Shown here piece after piece: positions 27,812 to 32,000 of a stretch of DNA of 32,000 bases; the first letter of the stretch is position 1; every line of letters starts with the position of its first letter. Below the pieces are notes generated by a model that searched no databases, was not told the origin of the DNA, and worked only from the letters and a program-made list of their open reading frames with translations. The DNA is from a bacterium (lineage in GTDB: Bacteria; Chloroflexota; Anaerolineae; Aggregatilineales; Phototrophicaceae), in assembly GCA_033762735.1 (NCBI GenBank), contig JANRLJ010000084.1:61158-93157 (forward strand), read 5' to 3'. The position numbers and the translations under genes were made by a program.

Positions 27812-28936
27812 ATGGGACTGGATGATTTGCGTTCATGGGTTCAACAGCGGCTCGGCGGGCTGCCTGCGGGCAGCGTTGTCCCGCTGATGCTTGCGCCGGG
27901 GCTGGCGCTGCTGGGGGTGTTCGTGCTGTTCCCGGTAGGGAAAGCGGTCGCGCTGGCGGCGTGGATTCTGCTGCTGCTCGGTACGCTGGTGCTGTGGCTG
28001 GAACATTCGGTAAAGCCGCGCTCTGCCTCTCCCCTCTCCACCCAGCAGATGATGACGCTGGAAGAAATCGAAGACCTGTCCACGCGCATCCACGTCACGG
28101 CGGATGGGGTGGTACGCACCGCACAGGCCATCAATGAAGTGACGGCGCAGCAGTCCACCGCCGCGCACGAACAGGCCGAAGTCATCCACATGACCAACGA
28201 GATGATGGACGAGTTCGTGGAGATGACCAGCAAGGTCAGCGATCAGGTACGCATGATGACGCAGACGGCGCAGCAGGTGGCCGAAATCTCCGAAGATGGG
28301 CAGGTCGCTATTCAGCAGGCGATTCAGGGCATGGCGCAGATTCGGCGGCAGGTATCGGCGATTGCAACCACCATCACCCGGCTGGCACAGCTCACCCGCC
28401 GCATTGACGAGATTATCACGTCTGTGAGCGAGGTCGCCACGCAGTCGAACCTGCTGGCGCTGAATGCCTCCATCGAAGCTGCCCGCGCAGGCACACAGGG
28501 ACGCGGCTTCGCGGTGGTGGCTGATGAAGTGCGCTCACTGGCACAGCAGTCCAGCGGGGCATCGCGCCAGGTGCGGCAAATTCTGGCAGAGATCCAGAGC
28601 GCGGTGAAGGAGACGATTCAGGCCATCGAGATCGGGATGCAGGGCGTGGAATCGGGGCTGAATATGACTCAGCAGGCCGATCACGTCATGCAGCAGTTGG
28701 TGGAGAGCGTGTCGTCCTCCAATCGGGCGGTGCGGGCGATTTACGACATTATCCGCCAGCAGGCCGATGGGCTGGATGGCATCGCGATTCACATGGAGCG
28801 CATCAGCCGCATCAACCAGCAGAATCTCACCAGCACACGCCTGGTGGAAACCGTGACGACCAATCTCAACCGCCTGGCCGACGAGTTGCAGCAGTCGCTC
28901 CAGTTGGGTCAGGAAGTCGGGACGCTCGTCAAATGA
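27812..28936 (+). CDS. Methyl-accepting chemotaxis protein (short; TM hairpin, no obvious sensor domain)
   Basis: Highly conserved MCP signalling hairpin [41 protein letters not shown]. The two N-terminal hydrophobic helices are joined by a very short loop. Confidence 0.9.
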   Translation: MGLDDLRSWVQQRLGGLPAGSVVPLMLAPGLALLGVFVLFPVGKAVALAAWILLLLGTLVLWLEHSVKPRSASPLSTQQMMTLEEIEDLSTRIHVTADGVVRTAQAINEVTAQQSTAAHEQAEVIHMTNEMMDEFVEMTSKVSDQVRMMTQTAQQVAEISEDGQVAIQQAIQGMAQIRRQVSAIATTITRLAQLTRRIDEIITSVSEVATQSNLLALNASIEAARAGTQGRGFAVVADEVRSLAQQSSGASRQVRQILAEIQSAVKETIQAIEIGMQGVESGLNMTQQADHVMQQLVESVSSSNRAVRAIYDIIRQQADGLDGIAIHMERISRINQQNLTSTRLVETVTTNLNRLADELQQSLQLGQEVGTLVK

Positions 28937-29586
28937 CAGTTTTCACAGGAAAGACTTTAACTTTCCCCCAAAAACTGATTTTTCCCATAACCTGGATCAT
29001 CATTACGGTTGGCCTGGTTTTGGCCGTGAAGTGGGTTTTCACATTCTGGGTATCCTTCCATATCACGGTAGTCGTCGTCATCGTGCTGTTTGTCGCAACG
29101 ACTGTATACCGTCCCTGGAAAAGCTATACGAAAAAATCGACCTATCTCATCCTGGTATTGTTTCTTTCAGTCACGCCGCCTGCACTTGCTTTCGCTGGCG
29201 AATCCGCCATCGAACGTGCGGTGTGTCTGCTGCATGGAGTGAGCAGTTTTCACCACTTCATCACAACGCCTGTCAATCAAAGCGTAAGCGTATGTGGTTA
29301 CATAGACGGATGCAGTTCTGCTTACTTTGGAGAGGAGCAGCATGTCTGGGAAGTGTGTCGATTTGTCGATGTCACCAACCCTGACCAATCCGTGTTGGTT
29401 TATACCGTTGACATCACGATTAATATAGATAACCAATTTGTTTTCACATCGTTAACCGTTTATCCCAAAGGTACGTTGCTGGCAGGGCGAGGAAAGCTGG
29501 TTGGGTCATTAAATTGGGGAATCTGCACCGTTGATGCTTTCTGTCATGAAGAAACACTGCCCATCGCGGCAATCGTGCTGAATTAG
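28933..29586 (+). CDS. Hypothetical membrane protein with a Cys-containing C-terminal domain
   Basis: Its ATG overlaps the MCP stop (ATGA at 28933-28936). There are about three N-terminal TM helices. G+C is visibly lower than in the neighbours. No motif recognised. Confidence 0.5.
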   Translation: MTVFTGKTLTFPQKLIFPITWIIITVGLVLAVKWVFTFWVSFHITVVVVIVLFVATTVYRPWKSYTKKSTYLILVLFLSVTPPALAFAGESAIERAVCLLHGVSSFHHFITTPVNQSVSVCGYIDGCSSAYFGEEQHVWEVCRFVDVTNPDQSVLVYTVDITINIDNQFVFTSLTVYPKGTLLAGRGKLVGSLNWGICTVDAFCHEETLPIAAIVLN

Positions 29587-29660
29587 TACATCAACCACAT
29601 GAGAAGGCACGGGAGGGTATGCCGCCTAGCGGTCTTAGTCTTCTCCAAAATCAATTGCTT

Positions 29661-29966
29661 CTACCGCCCCCGCAGCAGCCGCAGCGGGAACAGCAGAATA
29701 CGCTTCCACAGCGGCATCGGGTCGTCTTCGCCGCGCACCCAGACGGTTTTCACCAGCCACTTTTTCTCGTCCGTCTCGTAGTGGGCCACGACGTGCACCG
29801 GGCGCCGCTGAATCGTCTTGATGAATTTGGTGTCGCCGTCGGCTTCTTTCTCCCGTGCATCCGGCGCCTGCACTGCACTGGCGATCATCGCCTGCGAGAT
29901 GCGCCGCAGCCGCATTCGTTCGAGCGCGTGGTCGGTGAAGATCAGGTTTTTGTAGGTTCGGCTCAT
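29661..29966 (-). CDS. DUF4258-like small protein (toxin-like fold)
   Basis: I prefer ATG 29966 (MSRTYKNLIFTDHALERMRLRRIS), because the track ORF to 30173 would overlap rfbC. The F/Y-x-x-HALERM-x-x-R pattern is what I associate with DUF4258. Confidence 0.55.
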   Translation of the reverse strand: MSRTYKNLIFTDHALERMRLRRISQAMIASAVQAPDAREKEADGDTKFIKTIQRRPVHVVAHYETDEKKWLVKTVWVRGEDDPMPLWKRILLFPLRLLRGR

Positions 29967-30003
29967 GATGGTATCGTTCGTGCGTGTTTTTAAGAGGACG
30001 GTA

Positions 30004-30026
30004 GGGGCGACTCGGCGAGTCGCCCT
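30004..30026. repeat. Perfect GC-rich palindromic hairpin (REP-like element or terminator stem) downstream of rfbC
   Basis: gggcgactc-ggc-gagtcgccc: 9-bp perfect stem with a 3-nt loop, extendable by a closing G-U pair. No U tract on either strand. It is the only copy in this window. Confidence 0.5.
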
Positions 30027-30036
30027 TACAAGTCGC

Positions 30037-30603
30037 CTATCTGGGTAAATGATTAGGCGCGATGGCGCTGAGCGGCGGATTGGCGAGATCACGGGGGGAG
30101 AGCTTCGCCTCAGCTTCGTGAATACCCCAGTCAAGGCCGATCTGCGGGTCGTTCCAGGCGATTCCAAACTCATCCTTGCCGCCGTCGTAGTAGTTGTTCA
30201 CCAGGTACATCAGGGTGCAGTCGGTCAGCGCGGCGAAACCATGTGCGACTCCCACCGGGATAAACAGGCCGACGTTGTTGCCCTCGCCGATTTCGAGCGT
30301 GGACGCCGCGAGATACGTCGGTGAGTTCGGACGCAGATCGACCAGACCAGCGCGTACCCGTCCCTGGGTCACGTACCAGTAATCCACCTGGTGATGATGA
30401 TAATGCAGCCCGCGCACCACCCCGGCGCGGCTGTCTGAGCGGTTCGTCTGGATTTTCGTCCAATCGACTTCCGGGAACCACTCGCGCCGGAAGGTTTCCA
30501 TAAAACGCCCGCGTTCGTCCTCGAAGACGCGAATTTCAGCAATAAAGACCCCCTGGATCGTTTCCAGTGGACGGACGGGAGCAGCGGTGTTGACCTGTGC
30601 CAT
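30037..30603 (-). CDS. rfbC: dTDP-4-dehydrorhamnose 3,5-epimerase
   Basis: Cupin-fold RmlC motifs: FEDERGRFMETFR, VRGLHYHHHQVDYWYV, GVAHGFAAL and GIAWNDP. Confidence 0.9.
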   Translation of the reverse strand: MAQVNTAAPVRPLETIQGVFIAEIRVFEDERGRFMETFRREWFPEVDWTKIQTNRSDSRAGVVRGLHYHHHQVDYWYVTQGRVRAGLVDLRPNSPTYLAASTLEIGEGNNVGLFIPVGVAHGFAALTDCTLMYLVNNYYDGGKDEFGIAWNDPQIGLDWGIHEAEAKLSPRDLANPPLSAIAPNHLPR

Positions 30604-30633
30604 GCGTTAGCCTCGTGTGGGAAGAACAGCGGC

Positions 30634-31428
30634 CTATTGTACACCGCCGCCCGCGTTGCGCCATGTCCGGCGCATCAGGGCATGGGCAGACCACGCCGCA
30701 TAGCGCGTCAGCCAGTGGACGACGCGCACCCGCCACGTGGGATAGATCATGAAGTCGCGCCGCCGCAGACCCCGCAGAATGGCCTTTGCGATCAGGTCTG
30801 CCGACGAGGTTTCCATCAGGGGAGACTTGCTGCTCATCAGGTGCGCGTTCTCTCGCACTTCCTTAGAAAGCATGGGCGTATCCACCAGATTTGGCGTGAC
30901 CACGCCGACATGCACCCCGGCGCTTTCCACTTCGATGCGAATTGCCTGCGCGAAGTTGAGCACCCCCGCTTTGGTAGCGGCGTAAGAGGCATATTCCGGC
31001 GGGCCATAAAAGCCCGACACCGACCCCATCATCACCAGCGACCCTTTCGACTCGCGCAGGAAGGGCAGGGCGGCATGGGCGACGGCCAGCGTTCCGCCCA
31101 GGTTGACCTCCACCATCCGCTGATGGCGTTCGCGGTCGATCTGCTCGAACAGCCCGGTATGCAGAATGCCCGCGCAGTGGATGACGCCGTCCAGTCCGCC
31201 CATCTCCTCGCGCACCTGGCGCATGGCGGGTTCGACTTCGTGCCGTGTTACGTCTACCCAGGCGGGGAAGGCCACCAGCTCCCCCGCCGCTTCTTCCAGC
31301 GCGGGCGCGTTCACATCCCATAACGCGAGCTGCGCTCCTCGCTTAAAGAGCGCCTGTGCTGTTGCCAGCCCGATTCCGCTGGCACCCCCCGTCACCAGAT
31401 ATTTTTTCCCGGCGAAACGATCCGCCAT
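30634..31428 (-). CDS. Short-chain dehydrogenase/reductase (classical SDR)
   Basis: KKYLVTGGASGIGLATA (TGxxxGxG), the NAG-like segment CAGI, and catalytic YAATKAGV (YxxxK). Confidence 0.85.
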   Translation of the reverse strand: MADRFAGKKYLVTGGASGIGLATAQALFKRGAQLALWDVNAPALEEAAGELVAFPAWVDVTRHEVEPAMRQVREEMGGLDGVIHCAGILHTGLFEQIDRERHQRMVEVNLGGTLAVAHAALPFLRESKGSLVMMGSVSGFYGPPEYASYAATKAGVLNFAQAIRIEVESAGVHVGVVTPNLVDTPMLSKEVRENAHLMSSKSPLMETSSADLIAKAILRGLRRRDFMIYPTWRVRVVHWLTRYAAWSAHALMRRTWRNAGGGVQ

Positions 31429-31509
31429 TGATTCATTCCCCCAAGCGCCTGCTTCCTGCGCTTTTTAACCGTAAACCTGCCGCAGACGTTGCCGAATTGC
31501 GGTCCGTCT

Positions 31510-31989
31510 CTACTCGTTTTCTAACCCAAGCCGCAAGAATAACACAGGTTCCTGCCCTTCCCCCAGGTTGAGCATCAGTGTGTGGCTGTCCACGAACCCC
31601 AGGCGGCGGTAGAGCGCCAGCGCACCGGGGTTGCTGAGCGCGACGCCGATTTCCACACACTCGGCTTCCATCTGCTGCGCCGCCCGCGTCAGATATTGAA
31701 TGATCGCTGTGCCAAATCCTCTGCCGCGAAAGTCCTCTGCCACGATCAGATCGCTGATCTCGGCACAGCGCGGCCACAGCATCACCTGCCCATAGCCCCG
31801 CAGCGGCCCCTCCCTGCTGTCCATCACGACCACGCCCAGGCCGCGCCCCTGCCGCCCGACCTGAATGGCGCGGGTAATCAGCTGATAGACCGCCGCCGGG
31901 GGACGATCCGGCCAGCAGACCGTCTGGATCAGCGTGGCATCAGCGAGCTGCACCGGGCGAATCGTGAAGCGGAGGTCGGGCGGCTGCAA
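31510..31989 (-). CDS. GNAT-family N-acetyltransferase
   Basis: Acetyl-CoA binding motif VAEDFRGRGFGTAIIQYL (R/Q-x-x-G-x-G/A); 159 aa. Confidence 0.8.
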   Translation of the reverse strand: MQPPDLRFTIRPVQLADATLIQTVCWPDRPPAAVYQLITRAIQVGRQGRGLGVVVMDSREGPLRGYGQVMLWPRCAEISDLIVAEDFRGRGFGTAIIQYLTRAAQQMEAECVEIGVALSNPGALALYRRLGFVDSHTLMLNLGEGQEPVLFLRLGLENE

Positions 31990-32000
31990 GGCAAGCCGTG

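Overview
High-GC window; hand-counted lines in lon are about 65% G+C. The housekeeping content is clearly bacterial: LonA, GalE, RmlC, a family-A DNA polymerase, tRNA-Leu, an SDR and a GNAT. A Chloroflexota-like origin is only my inference. Two things stand out. (1) An 11-gene, tightly packed minus-strand operon (19066 down to 8930) encodes what reads as a complete archaellum, the archaeal flagellum. It has an archaellin with a class III signal peptide, an ArlC/D/E-like coiled-coil protein, two ArlF/G-family proteins, ArlH, ArlI and ArlJ. These are followed, translationally coupled, by a single-pass membrane protein, an A24 prepilin peptidase, and bacterial-type PilN-like and PilO-like proteins. 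The PilO-like protein ends in an SH3b-like domain. (2) A roughly 2.1 kb low-GC islet (20921-23046; about 38-43% G+C on hand-counted lines) is bracketed by a perfect 30-bp direct repeat that duplicates the bidirectional terminator between a GT1 glycosyltransferase and lon. It carries a three-gene operon with a near-consensus promoter: a STAS-fused RsbW-like GHKL ATPase, a STAS-like DUF4325 protein and a PIN-like nuclease. I read this as a candidate partner-switching-controlled toxin or defence module. The remaining genes are secreted SH3b/WD40 and beta-helix proteins, a membrane metallophosphoesterase, an alpha/beta hydrolase, a sensor-less MCP and a DUF4258 protein. All domain calls come from reading motifs in the supplied translations; no database search was possible.
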